Of a stretch of DNA of 64,000 nt, positions 1 to 11,059 are shown piece after piece (position 1 is the first letter of the stretch; every line of letters begins with the position of its first letter). A model generated the notes under the pieces. It did no database searches. It was given only the letters and a program-made list of their open reading frames with translations, and was not told where the DNA came from. The DNA comes from an uncultured Bacteroidales bacterium (GTDB lineage: Bacteria > Bacteroidota > Bacteroidia > Bacteroidales > JAUNSR01), in assembly GCA_947074105.1 (NCBI GenBank), contig CAMTON010000002.1, forward strand, positions 24,003 to 88,002, written 5' to 3'. The position numbers were made by a program, and so were the translations under genes.

Positions 1-252
1 CGATAATGATTTCCTTAAAATATTTACCTGATAAGATCTTGATATATAATTTGTTACCTTGGTTTTTTGTTGTATAAATTGGGTAAATTTGAGAGATATT
101 AATGTTTTGTTATATGCAGTTTTAAATTATGTAAACTCTAATGAATAATATGTTCCAGTTATATCTGATAGCATAGCTATTTCTTCTTTTAATTATTGTA
201 ATAAGGATCTATAAATTCAAATAATTTCTTAGAGTTTATCTTGTATGAATAA

Positions 253-270
253 TGTTTATCAAGATAAACA
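253..270. promoter_or_regulatory. Candidate operator palindrome TGTTTATC-AA-GATAAACA (extra half-site GTTTATCTTG at 234-243)
   Basis: Perfect 8+2+8 inverted repeat read directly from the sequence, about 160 nt upstream of the TetR-family gene at 429. The link to that regulator is inference. Confidence 0.25.
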
Positions 271-428
271 TAAGATCACATGTTATAAAAAAATGAAAAA
301 ATATGCTTTTTTAAATTTTTGTAAACCGAAATAAAATATATATTTTCGCACAGTATAAAATTAATTGTGCAATTCATAACCGAATTGCATGTCTAAAATC
401 TCATAAAATATCTGCTGAACGGAAATAT

Positions 429-1007
429 ATGTCAAAAACCAGAGAATTGTTAATAGATGTAGCCCGTCGCCTTTTTGCGAAAGAGGGAATAGAGAATACG
501 ACGATGAATGATATCGCGAAAGCTTCCAATAAAGGACGTCGTACTCTTTATACTTATTTCAAAAATAAGCAGGATATATATATGGCTGTTATTGAATCGG
601 AGCTGAATCTTCTTGCTGATAATCTTAGAAGCGTGGAAAGACTGAATATGGCTGCCGATGATAAACTGGTTAGATATATTTTTATGAGAATGGATGCCAT
701 AAAAGAGACTGTATTCAGAAACGGAACATTAAGAGCTGAATTTTTCAGAGATATATGGGAAGTCGAAAGAGTCAGAAAAACATTTGACAATCAGGAAATA
801 GAAATTCTAAAATCTATACTTAACCAGGGTGTTAAGGAAGATCTTTTCTCGATTCCAAATGTGGAGATCGGAGCTCTCACGTTGCATTATGCATTAAGGG
901 GACTTGACGTGCCATATATAAGGGGCGTTTTTACAGAGCTAGGCATTACAAGATATACATTAAGAGAGTATATTCTTGACCTTGTTTTCAATGGGATAAA
1001 AAAATAA
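429..1007 (+). CDS. TetR/AcrR-family transcriptional regulator
   Basis: 192 aa. N-terminal TetR HTH (TTMNDIAKASNKGRRTLYTYFKNKQDIY) followed by a helical ligand-binding half. Confidence 0.85.
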   Translation: MSKTRELLIDVARRLFAKEGIENTTMNDIAKASNKGRRTLYTYFKNKQDIYMAVIESELNLLADNLRSVERLNMAADDKLVRYIFMRMDAIKETVFRNGTLRAEFFRDIWEVERVRKTFDNQEIEILKSILNQGVKEDLFSIPNVEIGALTLHYALRGLDVPYIRGVFTELGITRYTLREYILDLVFNGIKK

Positions 1008-1076
1008 AAAACTACATATTAAGAATACTTTTTATCCGATACAAACGGATATAATTTAAACAAACTATAATAAGAT

Positions 1077-1823
1077 ATGAAATTATTAGAAGGAAAAGTT
1101 GCTCTTGTTACAGGTGCAGCACGCGGTATCGGTAAAGCTATCGCTTTAAAATTCGCTTCTGAAGGAGCAAATGTTGCGTTTACAGATCTTGCAATCGATG
1201 AGAATGCAGAACAAACTATAAAAGAGATAGAGGCACTTGGTGTAAAAGTAAAAGGTTATGCTTCAAATGCTGCAGATTTTAATGAAACCAAACAGGTTGT
1301 AGATCAGATTCACTCTGATTTCGGAAGAATTGATATTCTTGTAAACAATGCCGGCATTACACGTGACGGCCTTTTAATGAGAATGTCTGAACAGCAGTTT
1401 GATCTTGTAATAAATGTAAATCTTAAATCTGCATTTAATTTTATTCACGCATGTACACCAATTATGATGCGTCAGAAATCAGGAAGCATCATCAATATGA
1501 GCTCTGTAGTAGGAGTGTCAGGTAATGCAGGTCAGGTTAACTATTCTGCTTCAAAAGCAGGTATGATCGGTATGGCAAAATCTGTAGCAAAAGAACTTGG
1601 GTCAAGAGGTGTTCGTGCCAACTGTGTTGCTCCCGGTTTCATTATTACGGAAATGACAGGTCAGTTATCTGATCAGGTTAAAGAAGAGTGGGCAAAACAG
1701 ATTCCGCTTCGCAGAGGTGGAACTCCGGAAGATGTAGCAAATGTATGTACATTCCTTGCTTCTGATATGTCGTCTTACGTTACAGGACAGGTGATTCCTT
1801 GCTGTGGCGGTATGAATATGTAA
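1077..1823 (+). CDS. fabG: 3-oxoacyl-[ACP] reductase FabG (SDR)
   Basis: 248 aa. [10 protein letters not shown] cofactor motif, NNAGI, catalytic YSASKAG. Canonical FabG length and N-terminus ([14 protein letters not shown]). Confidence 0.9.
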   Translation: MKLLEGKVALVTGAARGIGKAIALKFASEGANVAFTDLAIDENAEQTIKEIEALGVKVKGYASNAADFNETKQVVDQIHSDFGRIDILVNNAGITRDGLLMRMSEQQFDLVINVNLKSAFNFIHACTPIMMRQKSGSIINMSSVVGVSGNAGQVNYSASKAGMIGMAKSVAKELGSRGVRANCVAPGFIITEMTGQLSDQVKEEWAKQIPLRRGGTPEDVANVCTFLASDMSSYVTGQVIPCCGGMNM

Positions 1824-1846
1824 TATTTCCTAACAATAAAATATTA

Positions 1847-1877
1847 AGGTGCTTTTCTCAGAAAAGCACCTTTTTTG
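1847..1877 (+). terminator. Rho-independent terminator after fabG
   Basis: Stem AGGTGCTTTTC / GAAAAGCACCT with a 3-nt loop, followed by a T6 run. Confidence 0.85.
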
Positions 1878-2033
1878 TATCTTATAACTAGGGTTAGGTT
1901 AAAGAATCGGTCATTTCATTTAAAATTTTCACTTCTTTATTTAAAAAATAAATACTTATCTATGTATTAATTTGTTGAAATTTGTGAAAATGATTTATTT
2001 TGTATACTAAACCTATTTCAGGGGAATTGCAAA

Positions 2034-2660
2034 GTGAAAATTAATAAGGAATTAATATTAGAGGAGGCATTCGGATTATTCTATATACATGGATACAAGG
2101 AAATGTCGATATCCATATTACAGGAAAAGATGAATATTGGACGGGCATCGCTGTACTATTATTTCAGAAATAAGGAAGAACTGCTTTTATGTTCTATTGA
2201 AGAATATTATATAAAAAAGTTTGATTCATTTTATGAGTCATTGAATGATGATATAACAATAGATGAGCTGATTGATAAATTTGTAGAATATTATAAGAAT
2301 ATCTACGATCTGCTTACTTTATATAGTGATGAAGAATATCTTTTCTCAAAACTAAACTCATTACTTATTTATGCAGCTGCACATTTCCCGGCGATAAAGG
2401 AAAAACTTAAGGAAACAAGAATCAGAAAATTTCAGCTTTGGAAACGGGCAGTGGAAGTAAGTCATAAAAGAAAACTGATAAAACAGGACATTGATATTGA
2501 TCTTATTTCCTCTATATTTTCCGGAATAACATATGAGCCATCTAAAAACCCTGAAAAACCGGCAGCCGACGATATTACTTCTCTTGACGGATATCGAAGA
2601 TCTTGTTTGCTTTTACTGGATTTAATAAAAACAGATGTATGGAAAGAAAACCAGATATAA
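2034..2660 (+). CDS. TetR-family transcriptional regulator (possible cluster-specific regulator)
   Basis: 208 aa with a GTG start. HTH region MSISILQEKMNIGRASLYYYFRNKEEL. Sits directly in front of the lipid cluster. Confidence 0.75.
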   Translation: MKINKELILEEAFGLFYIHGYKEMSISILQEKMNIGRASLYYYFRNKEELLLCSIEEYYIKKFDSFYESLNDDITIDELIDKFVEYYKNIYDLLTLYSDEEYLFSKLNSLLIYAAAHFPAIKEKLKETRIRKFQLWKRAVEVSHKRKLIKQDIDIDLISSIFSGITYEPSKNPEKPAADDITSLDGYRRSCLLLLDLIKTDVWKENQI

Positions 2661-2671
2661 AGCCATCATTC

Positions 2672-4015
2672 ATGTATAATATAACCAGGTGTTATATGAG
2701 ATTTGTACATGATAAACTATATTACAGAAACTATCATATTCTCGGTAGGGAAAATATTCCTGCTGACGGAACACCTCTTTTAATAGTTTCAAATCATCAG
2801 AACTGTCTGAATGATCCGTTAGCCGTGCAGTTTACTTTTAGAGACAGAAAAATAAATGTCTTTGCACGCGCTGATGTTTTCAAAAATCCTATAGCACGCC
2901 GATTTCTTACATTTTTGGGCCTGATTCCTGCTTATCGTATGAGTCATGAAGGCATTGAATCAGTTGAAAATAATAAAAAAACATTTGATATCGCTTCAAA
3001 CGAACTGGCGAAAGGACGTACTGTTCTTATGTATCCGGAAGCTACACATCAGGTTGTAAGATGGCTGGGAAGTTTCTCGATGGCATATATTATTCTTGCC
3101 TTTGAAGCTGCCGAAAAGTGCAATTTTGAGAAAGAGGTATATATTCTTCCGTCCTGTAATCATTATTCTTCTTTTTCTCACATTCAGGCGGATGTTCTTG
3201 TAAAATACGGGGAGCCTATAGCTCTTTCTCCATATTATGAAAGATATAAAACCAAGCCGCGTACCGTACAGCGTGAACTTAATAAGCTAATAAGAGAAAA
3301 AATATATGAGCTGATGCTTAATATAGAAGATCATGATAATAATGAGGCTATAGAGTATATCAGAGGAAGTTATGGTAATGAATTCGCAAGAGAAAAAGGA
3401 AAAGATCCTTTATCTCTTCCTGAAAAACTTATAACAGATAAAGAACTCATATCAAAACTTGAAGAACATAATGATGCTTACCCGTCAGAAACAAAAGAAA
3501 TTTATAAAACTGCTCTGGAGGCAAAAGCTCTTGAGAGTAAATTCAATTTCAGAAACTGGAATTACGAAAAGGAGTTTTCGAGAGCTTCGGTAATATCACG
3601 TGTTATGATCGGAATTTTATTACTTCCATTATTTCTGATCTCTCTTTTTCCTAATATATTTATTTTTCTTGCTCCAAAACTTATAACAAGAAAACTTGAA
3701 GATCATATGTTTGACGGATCCATATATTATGGATTATCTATAATTGTGACAATTCCCTTGTTTTATATATTGTCATTTTTTCTTATGCTCAATTTAACCG
3801 GACTATGGTGGGCTTCTTTAATTTATTTATGCACCTTGCCTTATCTCGGACTTTTTGCATGGAAATACCGAATCGGTTATATAAAACTTAAGAGTGAATT
3901 GAAATTTAACTCATTAAAGAAAAAAGGGCGTCTGGAAAGATTGCTGTCATTAAGAAAAAAACTTTTTAATAAATTGGATGAGATAGGAGATTCAGATCTC
4001 AAACAAGCTATTTAA
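2672..4015 (+). CDS. Lysophospholipid/glycerol-3-phosphate acyltransferase-family (LPLAT) membrane protein
   Basis: HX4D acyltransferase motif (NHQNCLND), a YPEATH block, and C-terminal hydrophobic helices (ISRVMIGILLLPLFLISLF, IIVTIPLFYILSFFLML). The start is ambiguous (2603, 2639 or 2672). I chose 2672 (MYNITR...) because it clears the TetR stop at 2660. Confidence 0.7.
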   Translation: MYNITRCYMRFVHDKLYYRNYHILGRENIPADGTPLLIVSNHQNCLNDPLAVQFTFRDRKINVFARADVFKNPIARRFLTFLGLIPAYRMSHEGIESVENNKKTFDIASNELAKGRTVLMYPEATHQVVRWLGSFSMAYIILAFEAAEKCNFEKEVYILPSCNHYSSFSHIQADVLVKYGEPIALSPYYERYKTKPRTVQRELNKLIREKIYELMLNIEDHDNNEAIEYIRGSYGNEFAREKGKDPLSLPEKLITDKELISKLEEHNDAYPSETKEIYKTALEAKALESKFNFRNWNYEKEFSRASVISRVMIGILLLPLFLISLFPNIFIFLAPKLITRKLEDHMFDGSIYYGLSIIVTIPLFYILSFFLMLNLTGLWWASLIYLCTLPYLGLFAWKYRIGYIKLKSELKFNSLKKKGRLERLLSLRKKLFNKLDEIGDSDLKQAI

Positions 4016-4053
4016 TATAAACTCAAATTAGAGAAGCTTTAAATTTTAATATA

Positions 4054-5277
4054 ATGAATAGAAAAGTCGTTATCACAGGTATGGGTATATACTCATGTCT
4101 GGGAAAAAATTTAGAAGAGGTAAAAGATTCACTTTTTAATGGAATTTCCGGAATTGTTTTCGATCCTGTACGTAAGGAAATGGGGTTTCGTTCTGCTTTA
4201 ACAGCAAAACTTGATGAACCGGATCTGAAGAAAGAATTAACCAGATCGCAGAGAGTATATATGCCGGAACAGGCGAAATATGCTTATTGTGCTACGCGCG
4301 ATGCCTTAAAACATGCAGGTATAGATCAGGAGTTTCTTGATAAAAACGAAGTAGGGTTATTATACGGGAACGACAGTTCTGCAGATGCAGTGGTGAAAAG
4401 TGTTGATACAATGCGTGAGAAAAAGGATACGACACTTGTTGGCTCGGGAGCTATATTCCAGTCTATGAACTCAACAGTGACTATGAATCTGGCTTGTATT
4501 TTTAAGCTTAAGGGAATGAACCTTACTGTTTCAGGAGCTTGCGCAAGCGGTTCGCATGCAATCGGCCTTGGAACTTTACTGATCAGATCCGGATTACAGG
4601 ACTGTGTTATCTGTGGCGGAGCTCAGGAAGTAAATCCTTTTTCAATAGGAAGTTTTGACGGAATCAGCGCTTTCTCAACCAGAGAAAATGAGCCGACAAA
4701 AGCATCACGTCCTTTTGATAAAGACAGAGACGGTCTTGTACCCGGAGGAGGAGCAGCTACAATCGTAATTGAAAGCTATGAGTCTGCTGTTAAAAGAGGT
4801 GCTACTATCCTTGCTGAAATTATCGGATATGGTTTCTCCTCAAACGGAGATCATATTTCTGTTCCTAATGTTGACGGTCCGAGCAGATCACTAAACATGG
4901 CGATTAAAGATGCCGGAATCGATATTAAAGAAATCGGATATGTCAATGCTCATGCTACATCAACTCCTGTGGGAGACAGAAATGAAGCAAAGGCTATAGC
5001 AAATGTATTAGGTGATCATAAACCGGAAGTAACTTCTACAAAATGCTTTACCGGACATGAAATGTGGATGGCTGGAGCAAGTGAGGTTGTTTATTCAATG
5101 CTTATGATGAAAAACAATTTTATTGCGGCAAATCTTAATTTTGAGAATCCTGATGAAGATTCTGCTGCTCTGAATATACCTTCTGAAAGAGTGGAAAAGA
5201 AATTCGATATGTTCCTGTCTAATTCATTCGGTTTCGGAGGAACAAACTCAACATTAATAGTAAAAAACATAGATTAA
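4054..5277 (+). CDS. Beta-ketoacyl-[ACP] synthase (FabB/FabF-like KS)
   Basis: 407 aa. Active-site Cys in GACASGSHAIG, His in NAHATSTPVGD and GHEMWMAG, C-terminal SNSFGFGGTNS. Confidence 0.9.
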   Translation: MNRKVVITGMGIYSCLGKNLEEVKDSLFNGISGIVFDPVRKEMGFRSALTAKLDEPDLKKELTRSQRVYMPEQAKYAYCATRDALKHAGIDQEFLDKNEVGLLYGNDSSADAVVKSVDTMREKKDTTLVGSGAIFQSMNSTVTMNLACIFKLKGMNLTVSGACASGSHAIGLGTLLIRSGLQDCVICGGAQEVNPFSIGSFDGISAFSTRENEPTKASRPFDKDRDGLVPGGGAATIVIESYESAVKRGATILAEIIGYGFSSNGDHISVPNVDGPSRSLNMAIKDAGIDIKEIGYVNAHATSTPVGDRNEAKAIANVLGDHKPEVTSTKCFTGHEMWMAGASEVVYSMLMMKNNFIAANLNFENPDEDSAALNIPSERVEKKFDMFLSNSFGFGGTNSTLIVKNID

Positions 5278-5305
5278 TATTTTATAAATTAATAAATAAA
5301 AAACA

Positions 5306-5551
5306 ATGGGAAATCTGGAGTTGATATCTAAAGTTAATGAAGTTCTTGCAGAAGAATTTGAAGTGGAAGTTGAAACAATTTCAGCAGATGCAAACATTAA
5401 AGAAACTTTGATGCTTGACAGTCTTAGCCTTGTAGATATGGTTGCACTTATCGAAAGCGAATTTGGTGTTAAGATTAAAGGTACTGAAGTAACAACAATC
5501 AAGACATTTGATGACTTATACGGTTTTATTTCTGAAAGAATAGCAGCGTAA
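5306..5551 (+). CDS. Acyl carrier protein
   Basis: 81 aa, acidic. Phosphopantetheine-attachment motif LDSLSLVDMV. Confidence 0.85.
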   Translation: MGNLELISKVNEVLAEEFEVEVETISADANIKETLMLDSLSLVDMVALIESEFGVKIKGTEVTTIKTFDDLYGFISERIAA

Positions 5552-5689
5552 TAAGTTCTGAAATATTAAGCGTTTATCTATTTCTATGAATAGTAAACGC
5601 TTAATGCATTTATGATAATTCATTACTGATGATTTGTTTTATCTGCGCTATGCTGCTGATGAAATAATATTATCGAAAAATTTAATATT

Positions 5690-6121
5690 ATGGATAAAGT
5701 CTTATTCAAAGGTGAACAGTTAGGTCGTCTTATTCCACAGAGAGCACCTATTGTTATGGTTGATACATTGTTTGAAGCAGATGAAGAATCTGCGCTGACC
5801 GGTCTTACAGTTGCTCATGATAATATATTTTGTGATGGTAAAGTACTTACCGAACCCGGTATAATAGAGCACATAGCACAATCCGCTTCAGCTTTTGCTG
5901 GATATAAGGCATATAAGAAGAATCTTCCTGCACCAATAGGTTTTATAGGAGAGGTCAAGAAATTCAAAGTCCATAAACTGCCTGAAATAGGAAGTAAAAT
6001 AAAAACCAATATAACAGTGATTTCAGAGGCTATGAGTATATCTCTCATTAAAGGAGAAGTAGTTTCGGAAAATGATATAGTAGCTTCATGTCAAATGAAG
6101 ATCTTTATAAAGGATGAATAA
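5690..6121 (+). CDS. Hotdog-fold 3-hydroxyacyl-ACP dehydratase (FabZ/ApeI-like)
   Basis: 143 aa. IPQRAPIVMVD resembles the LPHRYPFLLVD block of FabZ, followed by EHIAQS. Confidence 0.6.
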   Translation: MDKVLFKGEQLGRLIPQRAPIVMVDTLFEADEESALTGLTVAHDNIFCDGKVLTEPGIIEHIAQSASAFAGYKAYKKNLPAPIGFIGEVKKFKVHKLPEIGSKIKTNITVISEAMSISLIKGEVVSENDIVASCQMKIFIKDE

Positions 6122-6554
6122 ATTGAAGAAAGAAGAAAAACCGGTCCTGTCACTTTCTGTGCCGGTAAAAGTAAGATTTAGCGAAGTTGACTCACTGAAG
6201 ATCGTATGGCATGGAAGTTATGTCAAATATCTTGAAGACGGACGTGAAGCATTTGGCGAAAAATTCGGACTTGAATATATGCATATATACAATAGTGGCT
6301 TTGTAGCACCTATTGCAGATATGCAGTTCAAATATCTTAACAGTGCTAAAGTGGGAGATACACTTATCGTTGAAATAACATATGTGCCTTCACGAGCGGC
6401 AAAACTGATATTTGATTACAGAATCTATAGAGAGTCGGATCATGAATTGCTTACAACAGCCCGTACTATACAGCTTTTTCAGAGCCTTGACGGTACATTT
6501 GAGGTTTCAAACCCTGATTTCTTTCTTGAATGGAAAAAAAGGTGGAATCAATAA
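6114..6554 (+). CDS. 4HBT/YbgC-type acyl-(ACP/CoA) thioesterase
   Basis: 146 aa. RFSEVDSLKIVWHGSYVKYLEDGREAF is the typical hotdog thioesterase N-terminal block. Overlaps the upstream gene by 8 nt. Confidence 0.75.
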   Translation: MNKLKKEEKPVLSLSVPVKVRFSEVDSLKIVWHGSYVKYLEDGREAFGEKFGLEYMHIYNSGFVAPIADMQFKYLNSAKVGDTLIVEITYVPSRAAKLIFDYRIYRESDHELLTTARTIQLFQSLDGTFEVSNPDFFLEWKKRWNQ

Positions 6555-6566
6555 AACATAGAAATC

Positions 6567-6944
6567 ATGAGATTAAAAGATACTTATTATAAACTTGTGT
6601 CACATATAAATGACGGTAAATGTGATGTTTTTGAAGTAGATCTTCTTGCGGATCATCCTGTTTATGAGGGACATTTTCCGGGAATGCCGGTTTCTCCCGG
6701 AGTATGTAATATGCAGATGATAAAAGAATGCAGTTCCATTGCTGCACGAAAAGAGTTACTTATAGAAAATATTTCCGTATGCCGGTTATCAGCTGTAATA
6801 TCACCGCTCGATAATCCAAGAGTATTTGTAAAGATTCAAAACGACTTCATGGCAGAGGATAAATATAAAATAAACGCTACTATTGAAGATGATATGACAG
6901 TCTTTATGACTTTCAAAGGCGAATTGATAGAAAAGAAAGATTAA
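6567..6944 (+). CDS. Hotdog-fold dehydratase (FabZ/ApeP-like)
   Basis: 125 aa. Contains the FabZ signature HFPGMPVSPGV. Confidence 0.65.
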   Translation: MRLKDTYYKLVSHINDGKCDVFEVDLLADHPVYEGHFPGMPVSPGVCNMQMIKECSSIAARKELLIENISVCRLSAVISPLDNPRVFVKIQNDFMAEDKYKINATIEDDMTVFMTFKGELIEKKD

Positions 6945-6975
6945 CTAGTGCTTACAGAGGTAAAATAAGCGGAAT

Positions 6976-9453
6976 ATGACAAGATTGAACATCGCATTAT
7001 ATAAGTTTTTCAGCAAACATAAATCATTGATGTATTCATTAATGATTCTCAGCTTTTTAATTTTCGGATATCTGGGTTCGAAAGTGGTATACGAAGAAGA
7101 TATAACAAAACTTCTTCCGTCTACGGAAACCGGAGGAAACGAGCAGCTTGTTTTCAGAAATCTGAAAGTCAAGGATAAAATCTTTGTTCTTTTTACGGGT
7201 GATGAACCTGAAAAACTGTCAATGATTTGTGATGATTTCATGTCAGTTATAAGTAATGCAGATTCAACAAATGTTTTACTTGATAATGTTTTGTATGATT
7301 TTGATGAAGAAATGCTTATTGACGCAGTAGGATATCTTTATGATAATGCTCCTGTATTCATTCCGACATCCTCATATGATGCAATAGAGGAATCTCTTTC
7401 TGAAGATAAGATTGAGATGCAGATGTCTTCTAATTTTGAGATTCTCGGCTCAGCGGCAGGAGGTGCAATGATGGACCTTGTGCGAATCGATCCTATCGGT
7501 TTAAGAAACACTATTTTCAGCGGTACGGGAGATTTAAAAGAGAGTATGGGAGGTAATTATCTTATATACGATTCTCACTTTTTTACAACAGATACTACGG
7601 TTGCACTTGCTTTTATTTCACCTGCATTCAAATCTTTTGATGCAAAACATAGTATTGAATTAATCGATCTGATTGATAAGGCAATCGTTGATTTCAGACA
7701 GAAATATCCTTCTGTCGAGATATTATATCACGGGGCACCCGTACAGAGTGTATATAATTCCCGCCAGATAAAAAAAGATCTTATTATGACTCTTTCTGTT
7801 TCAATGATAATAATAAGTCTCATAATAGGATTGTGTTTTAAAAATAAATCGACTCTGTTTCTGCTTATTCTTCCGGTGATCTATGGTGCCATATTTGCTT
7901 TGGCAATGATCTATATAATCAAGGGAGGAATGTCTCTTATGGCTCTCGGAATAGGAGCTATTGTTCTTGGGGTTGCTCTAAGTTATTGTCTTCATGTAAT
8001 AACACATTATAAATATGTTACCGATCCGGTTAAGGTTCTTGAAGATCAGACAGTACCTGTTATTCTGGGTTGTCTGACAACAATAGGCTCGTTCATGGGA
8101 CTTCTGTTTACTAAATCTGAGCTTTTAAAAGATTTCGGTCTTTTTGCATCTCTCGCACTTATCGGTACAACATTTTTCGCTCTTGTATTTCTTCCGCATC
8201 TTTTCAATACCAAAAGAAATAAAAGATCAGATAAAGCATTTGCTTTTCTGGAAAAAATAAACTCATATCCTTTTGAGAAACAGAAGTGGTTGATTGGAAT
8301 CATAGTGATTCTGTTCGGAGCTTCTTTATATCTGAAAAATTTTGTAACATTTGATTCAGATCTTAAGAATATAGGATATCATGAAGAAAATGTAGTACGT
8401 TCTCAGAAGATATTCACGGAAAAGACTGCCAGGGGAATGGTTACAACATATTATGCTGCAACTTCTGATAACCTTGATTCTGCAATTCTTAAAAGTCGCG
8501 AGATAACAAGAAGACTTGAGATTTTAAAAGATGAAGGCTTGCTTGAAACTTATTCTAAAGGGAATTCCCTTTTTCTTACAGAAAAGGAACAGGAGGAAAG
8601 AATAGAATGCTGGAATAATTACTGGAGTAATTCAAAAGTCGATAATGTCAAAAAATCACTTATAAAATACGGTTCGGAATACGGGTTCAGAGAAACAACT
8701 TTCAGACCATTTTTAGAAATGATAAGTCAACGCTATGAACCTGTCTCAATATGTGAAAGTGATGTTCTTCCTGAAGCACTGATGTCAAATATTATTGAAG
8801 TTTCAGATGACAGCTATATGATATTTACTTCCGTGACTGCTACAAAAGAGAACCAAAATAAGGTAAGTGATGAAATTGCTTCCATACCGGGTTCTCTGGT
8901 CATAGATCCTTTTTATTATACCAGCGATATGGTTAGTCTTATAAATAAGGACTTCAATATGACTTTGGCCATATCTTCTTTCTTTGTTTTTATCGTATTG
9001 CTTATTTCATTTAAAAGTCTTGTACTTGCTATTCTTGCTTTTCTTCCGATGGCAATGAGCTGGGTAATAGTGCTTGGTATAATGGGAGCAATGGGCCTTC
9101 AGTTTAATCTTATAAATATTGTGATTTCTACTTTCATATTCGGAATCGGAGTCGATTACAGTATATTTATAATGGACGGTCTTATATCAAAGTATCAAAG
9201 CAATAAGGATGTGCTTATATTTCATAAAACGGCAATTATCTTTTCTGCAATTGTGCTTATTACCGGTGTTGTTTCATTAATGTTTGCAACACATCCTGCT
9301 ATTAAGTCTATAGGTTTTTCTACATTAATCGGTATGAGTGCAACCGTGCTTTTATCTTATACCTTACAGCCGTTTCTTTTCGGTCTTTTAATAAAGGCAA
9401 AACAGAAAACAGGAACCGGGAAATTCCTTTCAAAACTTGAGATAAAGAAATAA
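6976..9453 (+). CDS. MMPL/RND-superfamily exporter
   Basis: 825 aa with two clusters of multiple TM helices (about aa 270-410 and 650-800), each preceded by a large soluble domain. Same position as the MMPL exporter in aryl-polyene/flexirubin-type clusters. Confidence 0.75.
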   Translation: MTRLNIALYKFFSKHKSLMYSLMILSFLIFGYLGSKVVYEEDITKLLPSTETGGNEQLVFRNLKVKDKIFVLFTGDEPEKLSMICDDFMSVISNADSTNVLLDNVLYDFDEEMLIDAVGYLYDNAPVFIPTSSYDAIEESLSEDKIEMQMSSNFEILGSAAGGAMMDLVRIDPIGLRNTIFSGTGDLKESMGGNYLIYDSHFFTTDTTVALAFISPAFKSFDAKHSIELIDLIDKAIVDFRQKYPSVEILYHGAPVQSVYNSRQIKKDLIMTLSVSMIIISLIIGLCFKNKSTLFLLILPVIYGAIFALAMIYIIKGGMSLMALGIGAIVLGVALSYCLHVITHYKYVTDPVKVLEDQTVPVILGCLTTIGSFMGLLFTKSELLKDFGLFASLALIGTTFFALVFLPHLFNTKRNKRSDKAFAFLEKINSYPFEKQKWLIGIIVILFGASLYLKNFVTFDSDLKNIGYHEENVVRSQKIFTEKTARGMVTTYYAATSDNLDSAILKSREITRRLEILKDEGLLETYSKGNSLFLTEKEQEERIECWNNYWSNSKVDNVKKSLIKYGSEYGFRETTFRPFLEMISQRYEPVSICESDVLPEALMSNIIEVSDDSYMIFTSVTATKENQNKVSDEIASIPGSLVIDPFYYTSDMVSLINKDFNMTLAISSFFVFIVLLISFKSLVLAILAFLPMAMSWVIVLGIMGAMGLQFNLINIVISTFIFGIGVDYSIFIMDGLISKYQSNKDVLIFHKTAIIFSAIVLITGVVSLMFATHPAIKSIGFSTLIGMSATVLLSYTLQPFLFGLLIKAKQKTGTGKFLSKLEIKK

Positions 9454-9510
9454 ATTCATATAATCCGAAATCGTCAGTTTGAGTACGATATTTTATAGGA
9501 AATCTAAATA

Positions 9511-10998
9511 ATGGATAAAAAAAGAGTCGTTATTATTGGAGGAGGTTTGGGAGGTCTGCAATGTGGCTGCATTTTAGCAAAGAATGGCTATAATGTAACG
9601 ATTGTTGAACAGAATAAACTATTAGGCGGATATATACAGAGCTACAAAAGAGGAAAACATATTCTTGATACCGGGTTTCATTATATAGGGGCTCTTGATG
9701 AAGGGAAACCTCTTAATAAAATATTCGGTTATCTGGGTCTACTTGATCTTCCCTGGCTTCGTCTTGATAATGATATTGCTGATGAGGTGATAATAGGCGA
9801 CAAATCTTATTATTACGCTTCCGGAATCGAAAAATTCGGAGAGAGTCTTAAAAAGCAACTTGGTGAATTTTATGAAGAAATTGACGAATATTGCAGGCTT
9901 CTGAATGAAGTAAAACAACAGATTGTTCCAAGTCTGAGAAGAAATGATCCGTCAGAATTGTTCAGTTCTGAATATTATACGACACCTGCTTACCAATATC
10001 TTAAAAATAAGATTAAGGATCCGTTGCTTATCGAAATATTATCAGGAGCATCTCTTAAAATGGAACTTGATCCGGAAAAACTTCCTCTATATATTTTTGC
10101 TCAGGTAAATTCTGCATTTATCCAAAGCGGATGGAGGATTAAGGGAGGTGGTCAGCAGATAGCTGAGAGACTTTCAGAAAATATAAAAAACAACGGAGGA
10201 ACCGTGATCACCGGTTGCAAGGTTAAAGAACTTCTGGATAAAGACGGAGTAGTAACAGCTGCACGTCTTGAGAACGGTAGCATTATTGACGGGGATTTTT
10301 TTATCTCAAATGCACACCCTTCAAATACATTAGATCTTGTAAAAGAAAATAAACTCATAAGAAATCTTTACAGAAAAAGAGTTAAGAATCTTGCGAATAC
10401 AGGCGGAATGTTTACCGTAAGCCTCCTTCTTAAGGAAGGAAGTATAAAATATCAGAATTATAATATATATAAACATAAGGAGAAATCATCATGGGATAAT
10501 TCGTTCTCTGATAAGAAAAACGGTGTGTCCTCTGTTATGGTAAGTTTTTTACCTCCGGAAGATGATTCGGAATATACAAGAATTGTTGATATTCTTACTC
10601 CTATGCAAATGTCTGAAATTGAAGAATGGAAAGACACTTCTCTTTTCAAAAGAGGTAAGGATTATGAAAAATTCAAACTTGATAAAGCATATGAATGTAT
10701 TGACTTTATTTCCGACAGGCTTCCCGGATTAAAAGATTCTATTGAAAAGATTTATACAAGTACTCCGCTTACTTACAGAGATTATTGTGGTATTGAAGAT
10801 GGTTCCGCATACGGTATAAGAAAAGATTGTAACAATCTCATGCTTACAATGCTTACACCTAAAACACCGATACCTAATCTTTTTATGACAGGTCAGAGTC
10901 TGATGATACATGGCGTGCTTGGTGTTTCAATGACAGCTATCATGACATGTTCGGAACTTCTGGATAAAGAAAATCTGCTTGCAGATATAGGATTTTAA
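9511..10998 (+). CDS. FAD-dependent oxidoreductase, phytoene-desaturase (CrtI)-like family
   Basis: 495 aa. N-terminal dinucleotide fold VVIIGGGLGGLQCG...VEQNKLLGGY. Length and architecture fit CrtI-like amine-oxidase-fold enzymes. Confidence 0.8.
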   Translation: MDKKRVVIIGGGLGGLQCGCILAKNGYNVTIVEQNKLLGGYIQSYKRGKHILDTGFHYIGALDEGKPLNKIFGYLGLLDLPWLRLDNDIADEVIIGDKSYYYASGIEKFGESLKKQLGEFYEEIDEYCRLLNEVKQQIVPSLRRNDPSELFSSEYYTTPAYQYLKNKIKDPLLIEILSGASLKMELDPEKLPLYIFAQVNSAFIQSGWRIKGGGQQIAERLSENIKNNGGTVITGCKVKELLDKDGVVTAARLENGSIIDGDFFISNAHPSNTLDLVKENKLIRNLYRKRVKNLANTGGMFTVSLLLKEGSIKYQNYNIYKHKEKSSWDNSFSDKKNGVSSVMVSFLPPEDDSEYTRIVDILTPMQMSEIEEWKDTSLFKRGKDYEKFKLDKAYECIDFISDRLPGLKDSIEKIYTSTPLTYRDYCGIEDGSAYGIRKDCNNLMLTMLTPKTPIPNLFMTGQSLMIHGVLGVSMTAIMTCSELLDKENLLADIGF

Positions 10999-11059
10999 AT
11001 ATAACAGGATCCTGAGGATCCATAAAAAAGATAACAAAAAACAGATAAATAATAATATT

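Noticed and set aside
1-428. Possible gene, tRNA or ncRNA in the 428-nt AT-rich stretch at the left edge.
   Set aside because: There is no ORF of 60 aa or more and no cloverleaf-like structure or conserved RNA core that I could recognise. Only the palindrome at 253-270 seemed worth listing.
2603-2671. Upstream start codons (2603, 2639) for the acyltransferase gene overlapping the TetR gene.
   Set aside because: They cannot be excluded. The extension (MFAFTGFNKNRCMERKPDIKPSF) adds no recognisable sequence and overlaps the TetR C-terminus, so I preferred 2672.
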